This document shows positions 10,180 through 21,677 of a stretch of DNA of 64,000 bases, piece after piece. The stretch comes from an uncultured Chloroflexia bacterium (GTDB taxonomy: Bacteria > Chloroflexota > Limnocylindria > Limnocylindrales > CSP1-4): positions 77,913-141,912 of the forward strand of contig CAVYIV010000001.1 in the NCBI GenBank assembly GCA_963768675.1. The letters run 5' to 3'. Made by a program: the position numbers and the translations under genes. Numbering within the stretch: position 1 is the first letter of the stretch; the number at the start of each line of letters is the position of its first letter. A model generated the notes under the pieces. It did not search any database. It had not been told where the DNA came from and worked only from the letters and a program-made list of their open reading frames with translations.

Positions 10180-11345
10180 GGGTCGTCGATCCTGGCACTC
10201 GTCCTCGCGTGCCGCTCGCGGCGTGCAGGGGCGGCACCGCAGCGACGACGGGACCATCCGCTCGCCCCGCGCGTCCCGTCGCGGCATCGCCGCGATCGTC
10301 GAACCGGCAGTTCACCGGCGTCGGCGCGGGCCGCCGGGGACAACCGCGTGCCACGCCCGTGCCGACGTCCCGCCCGAGGCGGAGTTCCACGCCCGCGCCC
10401 ACCTCCCGCCCGACTCCCCGGCCAACAGCCCGGCCCGACGCCCGCTCGGACACCCACGCCGACCCCACGCCCGACGCCCGTGCCCACCACGGCCCCCGTC
10501 GCCGACGGCGAGCCAGCGATCGCCGGCTGCCCCGTGTTCCCGGCCGACAACGTGTGGAACCGGCCCGTCACCGGCCTGCCCTGGCCGCGAACTCGGCGAC
10601 GCTGGTCGCCTCGATCGGGGCCTCGGCGCACCTGCACCCCGACTTCGGCAGCGACGCGGGCTACGGGATCCCGTACAACGTCGTCGTCGCCGCAACCACG
10701 CCGAAGTACGCGGTCGCGTTCGACGACGCGGACGAGTCCGACCCTGGGCCATACCCGATCCCGGCGAGCCCGGAGATCGAGGCGGGGTCGGACCTGCACC
10801 TCCTCGTCCTGGCGCGGGACACGTGCACCCTGTACGAGCTGTGGTCCGCTCGGCGGACCGCCGCGGGCTGGGCGGCGGGGTCGGGCGCAACGTGGAACCT
10901 GCGCTCGAACGCCCTGCGGCCGGCGGGCTGGACGAGCGCCGACGCGGCCGGGCTTCCGATCCTGCCGGGACTCGTCCGATACGACGAGGTGGCCGCCGGG
11001 TTCATCGGCCACGCCATCCGGTTCACCGCTCCCCGGACCCGGCGCGCCTACGTCTACCCGGCGCGCCACTTCGCCTCGAGCTCGGTGAGCGCCGCCCTGC
11101 CGCCGATGGGCACCCGGCTTCGCCTGGCGGCCTCGTACGACATCTCGAAGCTGCCGCCCGAGGCGCGCGTGATCGCCCAGGCGATGAAGACCTACGGGAT
11201 CATCCTGGCCGACAACGGCAGCCCGTGGTTCTTCCAGGGAACGTCCGACCCGCGCTTCGACGACGACCAGCTCGATGCGCTCAAGACCATCCCGGGATCT
11301 GCGTTCGAGGTCGTCGACACGAGCGGCTTTGTGAGCGGGCCGTAG
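10180..11345 (+). pseudogene. secreted conserved hypothetical protein with Pro/Thr-rich linker, frame break(s) as assembled
   Basis: The C-terminal part, about 255 codons, is clean coding sequence (LHPDFGSDAGYGIPYNVV..LYELWSA..GWTSADAAGLPILPGLVRYDEV..ADNGSPWFFQG..FEVVDTS). It joins an upstream frame (PTPTPRPTPVPTTAPVADGEPAIAGCPVFPADNVWNRPVTGLP) at about 10580. The N-terminus and signal peptide are not resolved and may contain further breaks. Confidence 0.55.
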
Positions 11346-11363
11346 CGGACCCTCAGACTCGAT

Positions 11364-11387
11364 GTCGTGTCAAGCGGTAGACACGAC
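11364..11387. terminator. hairpin between convergent genes (weak terminator candidate)
   Basis: GTCGTGTC - AAGCGGTA - GACACGAC forms a perfect 8-bp stem, 19 nt after the stop at 11343-11345. There is no U-tract. Confidence 0.25.
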
Positions 11388-11469
11388 CGTGCGAGGCCGA
11401 GGTCGGCAGCGGCGCGTCAGATGAACCCCGGTCGGCGTCCCAGGGTCGCGCGATCGGGTTTCGTCTGTC

Positions 11470-12411
11470 TCAGGGAACCACCACGAGCTTGCCCCGAACG
11501 TGGTGCCCGGCGACCTCGGCCAGGCCCTCGCCCGCCTGGTCCAGGCGCAGCGTGCGGATCTCCGGCCGCCGGACCGTGCCGGCCTCGACGAATCCGGCGA
11601 GGCGCTCCAGGCGCTCGGTCGTCGCCTCCGTCCTGATGTTGAGGCCCGTAACGCCGCGGGCGGCGAGGGGTCCGACGTCGGCGCCGCCAAGCATGGAGAC
11701 CACGTGCCCGCCCGGGCGTACAAGCTCCGCGAGACGGCCGACCAGCGCCTTGTCCCCAAGCATGTCGAAGACGGCGGCGAGGCCCTCCGGATGTGCCGCG
11801 CGCACGGCCTCCACGACGTCCGATGTTGCGTAATCGATGGTCTCGCGGGCTCCGAGGTTGCGCACGTAGTCGTGGTTCGCCGCCCGGGTGACGGCGATCG
11901 AGGTGGCCCCGGCGGCCGTAACGAGCTGCACGGCGATGCTGCCGATGCCGCCCGACGCGCCGAGGAGGAGGACGGTGTCGCCTGCCTTCAGATCCGACGC
12001 CTCGACCATCTGGAGCGCCGAGACCCCGGCGAGCGATAGAGCCGCGCCGAACGGAGCGTCGATGCTCGACGGCCGCCGCGCGAGCGTAGCGACGGAGGCG
12101 ACCGCGTACTCGGCCAGCGCGCCCTCGCCGACCGACATCTTGCCGTGGACCCCGAACACGGGATCGCCCACCCGCAGCCCGTCGACGGCCGGTCCGACCG
12201 CATCGACCGTGCCGCCGAGGTCCAGGCCAGGGACCAGCGGGAAGTGGTGCGGCATGAAGTCCTTGTAGGCGCCGCCGAGGATCGCGACATCGGCGGGGTT
12301 GATCGAGGCGGCCTCGACGCGCACGCGCACCTGGCCCTCGGCGGGCTCGGGCAGGGGCGTCTCGTGGATGGAGCCCGACGCTCCGAACTCGTCGATGGCG
12401 AAGGCGCGCAT
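11470..12411 (-). CDS. NADPH:quinone oxidoreductase / zinc-type MDR-family oxidoreductase
   Basis: ATG at 12411; 313 codons, intact. Motifs: VRVRVEAASINPADV, LLLGASGGIGSIAVQLV (Rossmann G-x-G-x-x-G), and a HVRGKLVV tail. Confidence 0.85.
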   Translation of the reverse strand: MRAFAIDEFGASGSIHETPLPEPAEGQVRVRVEAASINPADVAILGGAYKDFMPHHFPLVPGLDLGGTVDAVGPAVDGLRVGDPVFGVHGKMSVGEGALAEYAVASVATLARRPSSIDAPFGAALSLAGVSALQMVEASDLKAGDTVLLLGASGGIGSIAVQLVTAAGATSIAVTRAANHDYVRNLGARETIDYATSDVVEAVRAAHPEGLAAVFDMLGDKALVGRLAELVRPGGHVVSMLGGADVGPLAARGVTGLNIRTEATTERLERLAGFVEAGTVRRPEIRTLRLDQAGEGLAEVAGHHVRGKLVVVP

Positions 12412-12604
12412 TCTGGACCTCGTGGCAGGGTCAGTAGTTGTGGCAGCAACTATATGCGGCGGGAGCGGATCGCGCAGATCCGCGGCTGGCCCCGTCTTCG
12501 CGGGGCGTGTGACCCGCTGTCTGACCGAAGTCGGGCGCGTGAGGCTGAGTCGCCGGCTACGATGCCGTTCGCACTCCACGCTGCATCCGTTCGGAGGGAG
12601 CCCC

Positions 12605-13859
12605 GTGTCGACCACGGCACCGGCCGACGTCGTCGGCCAACCATTCCTTCTCGGAGTGAACTACTGGCCACGCCGCAAGGCGATGCGCTGGTGGGCTGAG
12701 TTCGATCCCGGGGAGGTACGCGACGAGTTCGCGGTCATCCGGCACCTTGGCCTCACCCACGTGCGCATCTTCCTGCTCTGGGAGAGCTTTCAGCCGGCTC
12801 CGAACCGGGTGAGTGCCGACGCATTGCGGGACCTCGAGACCGTCTGCGACATCGCGGCGGAGCTCGGTCTCCAGCTCGAAGTAACGTTCTTCACCGGCCA
12901 CATGAGCGGACCGAACTGGGCACCGCCCTGGCTCGTCGACCGAGGCCGCCCGCTCCGGCCCGACGATCGCCAGGTCGTCAATCTCGGCAACCCGACGGGC
13001 GAAACATCCACGATCCACGACATCTACCTCACGCCGTTCGTCGTCGAGGCGGAGGATCTCCTCCTGCGCGCGGTCTGCGCGGCGCTGGTGGACCACCCGG
13101 CGGTGTGGGCCTGGAGTCTCGGCAACGAGCCGGATCTCTTCTGCCAGCCACGGGATGCGCGAACCGGCCGAACCTGGGTGCGTGATCGGACCGCCGCGAA
13201 TTCGGTCCGTCGATCCGCACCGGCCCGTGCTCGCCGGACTTCACGGCGCCAGCCTCGAGGCGGACGTGGGGTTCCGCATCGGCGATGTCGCGGCCGAGAC
13301 GGACGTCTCGGTCATGCACGGCTACCCGATCTACAGCTCGATTGCCCGAGGTCCGCTCGATCCCGACTTCGTGCCCTTCACCGCCGCCCTGTCCGCCGCC
13401 CTCGCCGGACGGCCCGTGCTCTACGAGGAGTTCGGTGTCAACACCGACGCTCCGGACGGGTCGAGCCACTGGCGTGAGCTCGTCCTATGGGGCCACCGCA
13501 GCCGACGGGCACACTTCGCCTCGGAGCGTGATGCGGCGGCGTACTTCGCCGCGGTGCTGCCAGGGCTGGTGCGGGTCGGCAGCCTCGGTGCGTTTGCCTG
13601 GTGCTTCTCCGACTATGCCCCGAGCCTGTGGAATGAGCCGCCCTGCGACTTCCAGGTGCACGAGCGCTTTTTCGGCTTGCTTCGGCCGGACGGCAGCCTG
13701 AAGCCGACCGCACAGGTCATGCGCGAGTTCGCCCTGACGCGGCCACGGGTCGCGGTCCCCGAACGGTCCGTCGAGCTCGACGGCCCAGCCGACGAGTACT
13801 ACCGGGATCCGGCCCGTCGCATGCGCGACCTCTACCAGCGCTTCGGCTCGCTCGGATGA
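12605..13859 (+). pseudogene. glycoside hydrolase family 5-like TIM-barrel protein (no signal peptide), one frame break as assembled
   Basis: GTG at 12605 follows GGAGGGA. Motifs: LGVNYWP, THVRIFLLWESFQP, AWSLGNEPD (acid/base Glu). It continues in ORF 13155-13859 (VMHGYPIYS..VLYEEFG..FAWCFSDY) after a break at about 13198. Confidence 0.7.
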
Positions 13860-13992
13860 ACGCGGCCGCCGAAGGTCATCGAGACCAGGGAGCACCGATG
13901 GCCTCCCGGTTCATGTTCTCGCGCACGTGTCGTTGGCCCAGGCGGATGGGTCCTTAACAACGGGTGTTCCGCTCCGGACCGTCAGGCGGCCG

Positions 13993-16027
13993 CTAGGCCG
14001 CTTCCACGATCGCCTCCTCGAACTGGGAGTTGTAGAGGTCGTAGTAGAAGCCGCGGCGGGCCATCAGCTCGTCGTGGCTGCCCTGCTCGACGATCTGGCC
14101 CTGGTTCATGACCAGGATCGAGTCGGCGTTGCGGATCGTGGAGAGGCGATGGGCGATGACGAACGCCGTGCGGCCCTTCATCAGGCGAGCCATCGCCGCC
14201 TGGACGAGCACCTCGGTCCGGGTGTCGACCGAGCTCGTGGCCTCGTCGAGGATCAGGATCTCCGGGTCGGCCAGGAACGCCCGGGCGATCGTGAGGAGCT
14301 GCTTCTCGCCCTGCGAGAGGTTCGAGGCGTCGTCGTCGATCACCGTGTCGTAGCCATCGGGGAGCGTCCGGACGAAGTGGTCGACGTGGGCCGCCTTGGC
14401 CGCGGCGATGATCTCGTCCTCGGTGGCGTTCTCGCGGCCGTAAGCGATGTTCTCGCGGATCGTGCCGCCGAACAGCCACGTGTCCTGGAGGACCATGCCG
14501 AAGGTGTGGCGCAGGTTGTCGCGGGTCAGCTGGCGGGTTTCGATGCCGTCGATCTTGATGGTGCCCGAGTCGATGTCGTAGAACCGCATCAGCAGGTTGA
14601 CGACCGTGGTCTTGCCGGCGCCGGTCGGTCCGACGATGGCCAGCACCTCGCCCGACTCGGACGTCGGCGCTGAGGTCATCGATGAGGGGCGTCTCGGCCT
14701 GATAGCGGAACGCCACGTCGTCGAGAGCGACGTGGCCCGACGTGTGGTCGAGGACGCTCGGCTGCGCCGCGTCGGGGACCTCTTCCTGCTCGTTGAGCAG
14801 CTCGAAGACGCGCTCGGCCGATGCCATCGTCGACTGCAGGAGATTCATGATGCTGGCAACCTGCGTGATCGGCTGCGTGAACGAGCGCGAGTACTGGATG
14901 AACGCCTGGACGTCGCCGAGGGACATGCGTGCCGTTGCGACCTGGATGCCGCCCAGCACGCCGATCGCGACGTAGTTCAGGTTGCTCACGAAGGTCATCA
15001 CCGGCATGATGAGCCCGGAGATGAACTGCGCCTTGAAGCTCGCCTCGTAGACCCGCTGGTTCTCCTCGTCGAACTGGCGGATCGCGTCTTCCTGGTGGCC
15101 GAAGACCTTCACAATGCTGTGCCCGGTGTGGGATTCCTCGACCTGGCCGTTGAGGACCCCGGTCCGCTTCCACTGCGTGGCGAACTGCTTCTGGGATTGG
15201 CGCGCGATCAGCATCGTGAGGATGGCGGCGGTCGGGAGCACGAGGAGCGATATGACCGCCAGCATCGGGCTGATCCAGAACATCATCGCCAGCACACCGA
15301 TGATCGTGGTGAACGACGTGATGATCTGGGTCAGGCTCTGCTGCAGAGTGTTGGCGATGTTGTCGATGTCATTCGTGACGCGGCTGAGCGTGTCGCCGTG
15401 GGCATGGGTGTCGAAGTACTGCAGCGGCAGCCGGCCGAGCTTCTGATCGACCTCGCGTCGCAGGCGGTAGACGGTTCGCTGCGCCACGCCGGCCATGGTG
15501 TACCAGGCCACCCACGAGAAGAACGTGGCCATCAGATAGAGCGCCGTCAGGCCGATCAGGACCATCCCGAGGGCGCCGAAATCGATGCCCACGCCGGGGA
15601 CTGCGTTGGTCCCGGCGACCAGGTCGGCGAGCGGGCTGTGAGTCTGGTTCAGGATTGCGACGGCCTGGGCGTGCGTCGTTCCGGCCGGCATGTACTGGCC
15701 GAGCTCCTTGCCGACGAGGCCGTTCATCAGCTGGTTGATGCCGTTGCCGAGGATCTTCGGGCCGAAGACCTGGCCTGCGGTGCTCAGGAACGCGACGGCC
15801 ACGACGAGAAGGATCCAGGGTCGCTCGGGGCGCAGCTCGCCGATCAGCCGCCGGAGGGTCCCGCGGAAGTCCTTCGGCTTCTCGACCGGCATCGCCATCC
15901 CCATCGGCCCGCCCATCGGGCCACGGCCGCGGCCGCCCGGACCGCCCATCGGGCCGCCCATCGGGCGGCGCAGGGCGCCGCCGGCCGCGCCGGCCGGTCT
16001 CGTGCTGCCGCTCGCCGGCCCGCTCAT
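13993..16027 (-). pseudogene. fused ABC exporter permease/ATPase (MdlB/MsbA-type, second subunit of a pair), one frame break as assembled
   Basis: ATG at 16027 follows GGAGGAAG and overlaps the upstream stop (ATGA). The six-TM exporter domain has a Gly/Pro/Met-rich N-terminus. The NBD is in ORF 13993-14679 ([27 protein letters not shown]). The break is at about 14675. Confidence 0.85.
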
Positions 16028-17756
16028 GCCACTTCCTCCCGGGTCAGCTGCGAGTACACGATCTCTTGATAGGTTTCGCACGTCTTCATCAGCTCCGCGT
16101 GGGTGCCTATGCCGACCACGTTGCCTCCGTCGAGCACGACGATCTGGTCGGCGTGGAGGATCGTGCCGACGCGCTGGGCGACGATGATCACGGTCGCTCC
16201 ATGGATCTCATGCCGGAGGGCCGCGCGAAGCTGCTGGTCGGTCTTGAAGTCGAGGGCCGAGAAGCTGTCGTCGAAGATGAAGACCTTCGGCTTCCTCACG
16301 ACGGCGCGCGCGATCGCCAGGCGCTGGCGTTGCCCGCCCGAGACGTTGGTGCCGCCCTGGTCGATCTCGGCCTCCAGCTCGCCCGTCATCTCGGAAACGA
16401 ACTCTCTGCGCCTGGGCGATCTCGAGGGCCTGCCAGAGCTCATCGTCGCTGGCGTCTTCGATCGCCGTAGCGAAGGTTGCTGGCGACCGTTCCGCTGAAC
16501 AGGAAGGCCTTCTGGGGAACCATGCCGATCAGTCCCCAGAGGTCCTCCTGGCGCATCTGGCGAACGTCCACGCCATCGATGCGGACGCTGCCCGAGGTCA
16601 CGTCGTAGAAGCGCGGGATCAGGTTGACCAGCGTCGTCTTGCCCGACCGGTGCTGCCGACGATGGCCGTCGTCTGTCCCGGCTTGGCGGTGAACGAGATG
16701 TGCGACAGCACGGGCTCTTCGGCGCCGGGGTAGCCGAACTCGACGTTGTCGAACTCGACCACGCCGCGCGGATCCGGCAATTCGGCCGGCACGTCCGGGT
16801 CGGAGATCTCGGCCTCCGAGTCGAGGACCTGCTGGATCCGCTCGGCGGCGGCCGCTGCTCGCGGGACCATGACGAACATGAGCGCGGCCATCATCACCGC
16901 CATGAGCATCTGCATGACGTACTGGAGGAAGGCCGACAGGTTGCCGATCGGCATGCCACCCGAGTCGATGCGCAGGCCGCCGAACCAGACGATGGCCACG
17001 GTCGAGAGGTTCATGATCCCGAACAGGAACGGGATCATCGATCGCGAAGAGACGGTTGACCCGCAGCGAGGTGTCGGTGAGGTCGCGGTTGGCGACGTCG
17101 TAGCGGGCCTCGTCGTGATCGGTGCGCACGAACGCGCGAATGACGCGCATGCCGCTCAGCGTCTCGCGCATGACCTGCTGGATGCGGTCGGTCCGCTTCT
17201 GCATGGACCGGAAGAGCGGCATCGCCCGGGTGGCGATGACGCCCATGACGATGGCCACGAGCGGCACGATGACGACGAGCAGACCCGAGAGCGGCACATC
17301 CTCGCGGAGCGCCATGATGACGCCGCCGACCAGCATGATCGGGGCCATGATCATGACGTTGAAGGCCATGACCAGGACCATCTGGACCTGCTGGACGTCG
17401 TTCGTGTTGCGCGTGATGAGCGAGGGCGTGCCGAAGACGTTGGTCTCCTTCTGGGAGAAGCTCATCACCTGTCGGAAGATCGCGCTGCGCACGTCGCGTC
17501 CGAACGCCATGGCCGTCCTCGAGCCGAAGTAGACGGCGACGATGGCGCACACGCCGACCAGGAACGTGACGAGCAGCATGAGGCCGCCGGTCCGGATGAT
17601 GTAGCCGGTATCGCCCTTGACCACGCCGTTGTTGATGATGTCCGCGTTGAGGTTGGGCAGGTACAGGTTGGCGAGAGCCTGGACCACCACGAGAACCATC
17701 ACGATGGCCAGCGCGCGGCGGTAGGGTCGGAGGTAGGTGGTAAGGAGTCTGATCAT
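16024..17756 (-). pseudogene. fused ABC exporter permease/ATPase (MdlA-type, first subunit), about four frame breaks as assembled
   Basis: The TMD starts at 17756 (MIRLLTTYLRPYRRALAIV...). The pieces 16619-17038, the 16440.. frame (GSGKTTLVNLIPRFYD) and 16024-16443 (VSGGQRQRLAIARA, IFIFDDSFSALD) are collinear. The breaks are at about 17040, 16640, 16460 and 16405. Confidence 0.85.
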
Positions 17757-17792
17757 CGGCGTGCAGCCTGCCTGTTCATGGCTGGGCGATCC

Positions 17793-18375
17793 TCACGTAG
17801 GGGTTCGCGGGTGTCGCTTCAGCGCGGCGACGTGACGACCTGGCGCCCGACCGCGGGCTCGGCCGTTAGCGTCCGCGGTGGTCTCATCGCGGAATGCCGG
17901 CCCTGCTGCGGCGAGGAGCCGCTCCCGGGCCACGTGGATGGCCCGCATGCCGACGAGGAGGGCCGTCATCTCTTCATCGGTCAGCTCCGCGAGGACGCTG
18001 GAGAGCATCGTCGCGGCGATGGCTGGCCATGTCGCTGAAGACCTTCGCCCCGGCATCGGTCGGGTAGACGAGCACGACGCGCCGGTCGCCCGAGCTGTGG
18101 CGCCTCTCGATGAGGCCGCGCTTCTCCATTCGGTCGACGATGCCGGTGGCGCCCGCGTCCGAAACGTCCATCAGGTCGGCCAGGCGTTTCATCGAGAGCG
18201 GGCCCTCCGCCTCCAGGGCGGTCAGCACGTTGAGGTGGACCAGGCTCAGGGCGTGCCGGTGCCAGGTCCGAAAGGCCCCCTCGCGATCACGCGGCGACCA
18301 GGCCGTCATCTCCTCGAGCAGCTCCTGCTCGAGCGCCGACGCGACCGGCCGGTCCGGCTCCAGGCTCGGTTCCAT
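17793..18375 (-). pseudogene. MarR-family transcriptional regulator, one frame break as assembled
   Basis: ATG at 18375. The winged-HTH core is LNVLTALEAEGPLSMKRLADLMDVSDAGATGIVDRMEKRGLIERRHSSGDRRVVLVYPTDAG. The C-terminus continues in ORF 17793-18056 (LAELTDEEMTALLVGMRAI) after a break at about 18030. The gene lies directly upstream of the ABC exporter pair. Confidence 0.8.
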
Positions 18376-18583
18376 TACTTTGCACCGATGAGGTGTTCCG
18401 CATGGCGCTGAGTATATATCGGCCGCGGACATTCTGCGGATTCTCGCCAGCCGCGCACAGCGGGCCGAACGGGTGGGGGAGCGCCGGACAGGCGCGGGCG
18501 GCGTCGCCGACCCTGGACGCGAATAGGATGGATGGGGAGCGTTCCGGCCACGGCGACGCGATGTGCCGTTGCCGCGGCAGCGC

Positions 18584-18933
18584 TCACGGCTGATGCACGA
18601 ACACCAAGTAGACCGCCAGGAACACCAGGACGATGCCGACATTCACGGCCAATCGCCTCCCGATGTGGCGTCTGAGAAACCGCCAGTCGACGACGACCAC
18701 GACCACGATCATCACGACCAGGTAGAGGAGGGCGGCTGTTCGCGACCCCACCTCGATCACTTTCTCGTCGAGAGGAGGAAGAGGGCGCCCGCAACCACGA
18801 GCACCGCGATACCGGCGACGAAGACCCAGTCGCCCCACCAGAGGTCGCGGTTGACGCGGCCGACCACGATGAGGATCGCGGAGACCACCGCCATCAGGGT
18901 CAGGAATGGATGGGCCCTCACACGAGGCGGCAT
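18584..18933 (-). pseudogene. small (about 115 aa) 4-TM membrane protein, possible frame break
   Basis: ATG at 18933 (MPPRVRAHPFLTLMAVVSAILIVVG..VFVAGIAVLVVAGALF) runs into a stop at about 18760. The next frame continues with LDEKVIEVGSRTAALLYLVVMIVVVVVVDW..VLVFLAVYLVFVHQP to 18584. This could alternatively be two tiny ORFs. Confidence 0.4.
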
Positions 18934-18998
18934 CTGAATCGTCCTCCGATCGCTGCGGCCCGATAGGGCCGGAACATGCTGTACCTACCCACCGAGCG

Positions 18999-20189
18999 TC
19001 ACCCACGGAACGCATCCATGAAGCGCACCCGCGCGCCGAGGCGGAGCGCGGCGTTGCGTAGATGCGGCCGGCGAGCCAGGTCAGGCCGACGATGGATGCC
19101 ACGATCAGCGCTACCGCCAGGCCGACCTGCCAGAACGGCACGTCGGTGTCCGCCATCCGCACCGCCATGAGGATGGGGGCGAACGGCGGAAGCAGCGAGC
19201 ACACCGTGGCCAGGGGGCCACTCGGATTCGGCAGCGCGGCGTACATGAGCAGGTACCCCGCGATCTGGAAGATCGAGATCGGCGCGACGGCGCTCTGGAC
19301 CTCCTCCTGGCGCGAGACGAGGGAGGCGACCGCGGAGTAGGCGGTGGCGTAGAAGAGGAAGCCGAGCAGGAACCAGAAGATATCGGCCAGGATCGAGGCC
19401 ACGCCGAGGGCCGGGATCGCGGCGACATTGGTCACGTGGACCGCGACGAGCGCGGCCGCGCCCACGATCGTGAGCTGCAGGAGACCGACGAGGCCGATCC
19501 CGATGACCTTGCCCGCGAGCAGGCGAGTCGGCTGGATCGTGGCGAGCAGGACCTCCATGATCCGCGTCGCCTTCTCCTCGACCACGCCCTGGGCCACCAT
19601 GTTCCCGTACTGGCCGAGCGCGATCCAGAGCAGGATGCCGAGGGCCAGGCTGGCGATCACGTTCTGGGTGTCCTTGGGATTGGGGGGCTGCAGAAGCTGG
19701 ACCGGGACCAGGGCCATGGCCGAGGTGACGGCCGCCGGTGAGAGGCCGGCGGCGGAGAGGCGCGCCGCCTCCGCGGCCAGGGACAGGGCGGACTCGACGT
19801 TCGATGGGATGGCAGCCTTCGACCACGGCCGTCGGCGCGGACGGCGACCCGGTCACGAGCACGTCGAGCGTGCCCGCCGTCACCTGCGCCTTCCCGGCGG
19901 TGACGTCGGCGATGTCGCTGACGGTCACGTTCACACCCAGGGCCGCGGCAGTTGCCGTGAACGAACGCTCGAGCGCCTGCGACCCGCCGCTGAAGCCCAC
20001 CCGCACCGGCGTGGTCCTGCCGGCGAGCAGCGACGCGGCCACGATGCCGACCACGACGAGGACCGTCATCACGATCGTGCCGCCCACGAAGACCCGCGAG
20101 CGCAGGCGCATGCGGACCTCGCGGCGGGCGACGAGGATGATGGTCGGCAGGTGGCGCGTTCCGCCGAGGCTCCAAGACCGCGCGTTCAT
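18999..20189 (-). pseudogene. ABC-2 type transporter permease (NatB/YhaP-like), two frame breaks as assembled
   Basis: ATG at 20189 overlaps the ATPase stop (ATGA). The N-terminal TM plus an extracytoplasmic loop are in one frame. The core is in ORF 18584-19717 (GVVEEKATRIMEVLLATIQPTRLLAGKVIG). The tail RIY.NAALRLGARVRFMDAFRG returns to the first frame. The breaks are at about 19815 and about 19050. Confidence 0.8.
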
Positions 20190-21084
20190 GCTTCTGTCTC
20201 CCCGATGACCGCCCGGAAGAGCTCGCCGAGGCTGGGCTCGACGCGCTCGAACGCTCGCACCGGTCCGGTCGCCAGCGCGGCCTGGAGCAGGGCCTGGTCG
20301 TCGACGCCCGGATCCAGCTCGAACAGCCGCCTCGAGCCGTCGGCTCTGCCACGAGCCTGATACCCGGCACGCCGGCGTCCCAATCGTCCGCCGCCCCGGG
20401 GACGTCGATCCAGCGGCGCTCGTGCCCACCGGCCCGCAGCTCGTCGACCGTGCCGGAGGCCACCATCTTCCCTTGATCGATGATCCCCACCCGGTCGCAC
20501 AGCCGCTCGACGAGCTCGAGCTCGTGGCTCGAGAAGATGACGGGGAGGCCTGCGTCCGCTTGCTCGCGGAGGACGGCGCTCATCACGTCGACGGCGACCG
20601 GATCGAGCCCGGCGAACGGCTCGTCGAGAACGAGGACGTCCGGGCCGAAGACGAGGGCCGCCGCAAGCTGGACGCGCTGCTGGTTGCCGAGGCTGAGCGA
20701 CTGCAGCTCGTCGTCGCGCCGCTCGCCGAGGCCGAAGCGCTCCAGCCAGCGCCCGGCGGATGCCATGGCGTCCGCGTCCGTCATGCCGTGGAGTTCACCC
20801 AGGTAGCTCAGCTGCTCGGCCAGGCGCATCTTGGGGTAGAGGCCGCGTGCCTCGGGCATGTAGCCGATCCGCCGGCGACGGTCGAACGTGATGGGCGTCC
20901 CGTCGATCCGGACCTCGCCCGCGTCGGCCGCGAGGACCCCGAGCACGATGCGCATCGTCGTCGTCTTGCCCGCGCCGTTGCGGCCGACGAACCCGAACAG
21001 CTCGCCGGCGCGGACCTCGAAGCTCAGGTCACGGAGCGCGACGACCTCGCCGTAGCGTTTCGAGAGCCCGTTGATCTCGAGCAC
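20186..21084 (-). pseudogene. ABC transporter ATP-binding protein (ABC-2 subfamily), one frame break as assembled
   Basis: Motifs: GRNGAGKTTT (Walker A), LSLGNQQRVQLA (signature), VLVLDEPFAGLD (Walker B). The C-terminal domain continues in ORF 20186-20500 after a break at about 20343 (G-run). Confidence 0.85.
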
Positions 21085-21175
21085 CGGGCAAGTCTAGTTG
21101 TTGCGGCCAACGCACCCGGGGGCCGCATCCGATAGTCTCGGGCGGTCAGCATGGACGACGCGCCTGGAGGGGAGC

Positions 21176-21658
21176 ATGCAGAAGATCACCCCGAGCCTCT
21201 GGTTCGACGGGCGGGCCGAGGAAGCCGCGGCGTTCTACACCTCGATCTTTCCCGACAGCCGGATCGAGGACGTCTCGCGCTCGCGCGCGGACAACCCGAG
21301 CACGATGGCGGGCGAGGTCCTCCTCGTGGCGTTCACGATCTCGGGCCAGCGCTTCGTCGGCATCAACGGCGGACCCCAGTTCCCGTTCACGGAGGCGGTC
21401 TCCTTCCAGGTCGACTGCGCGGACCAGGCCGAGGTCGACCGCTACTGGGAGGCACTCGTCGAGGGCGGCGGCGAGCACGGCCAGTGCGGCTGGCTCAAGG
21501 ACCGCTTCGGCCTGTCATGGCAGGTCGTCCCGCGCGAAATGGGTGCCTACCTCGGCGGTCCGGACCCGGCCGGCGCGGCCAGGGCCACCGAGGCGATGCT
21601 CCGGATGCATAAGCTCGATCTCGACCTGCTCCGCGAGGCCTACGAGGGTCGATCCTGA
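21176..21658 (+). CDS. VOC-superfamily protein, PhnB-like / 3-demethylubiquinone-9 3-methyltransferase-domain type
   Basis: ATG at 21176 follows GGAGGGGAG; 160 codons, intact. Pattern: KITPSLWFDGRAEEAAAFYTSIFP...GQCGWLKDRFGLSWQVVP. Confidence 0.8.
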   Translation: MQKITPSLWFDGRAEEAAAFYTSIFPDSRIEDVSRSRADNPSTMAGEVLLVAFTISGQRFVGINGGPQFPFTEAVSFQVDCADQAEVDRYWEALVEGGGEHGQCGWLKDRFGLSWQVVPREMGAYLGGPDPAGAARATEAMLRMHKLDLDLLREAYEGRS

Positions 21659-21677
21659 AGCCTGCCGGGCAGGTCGC

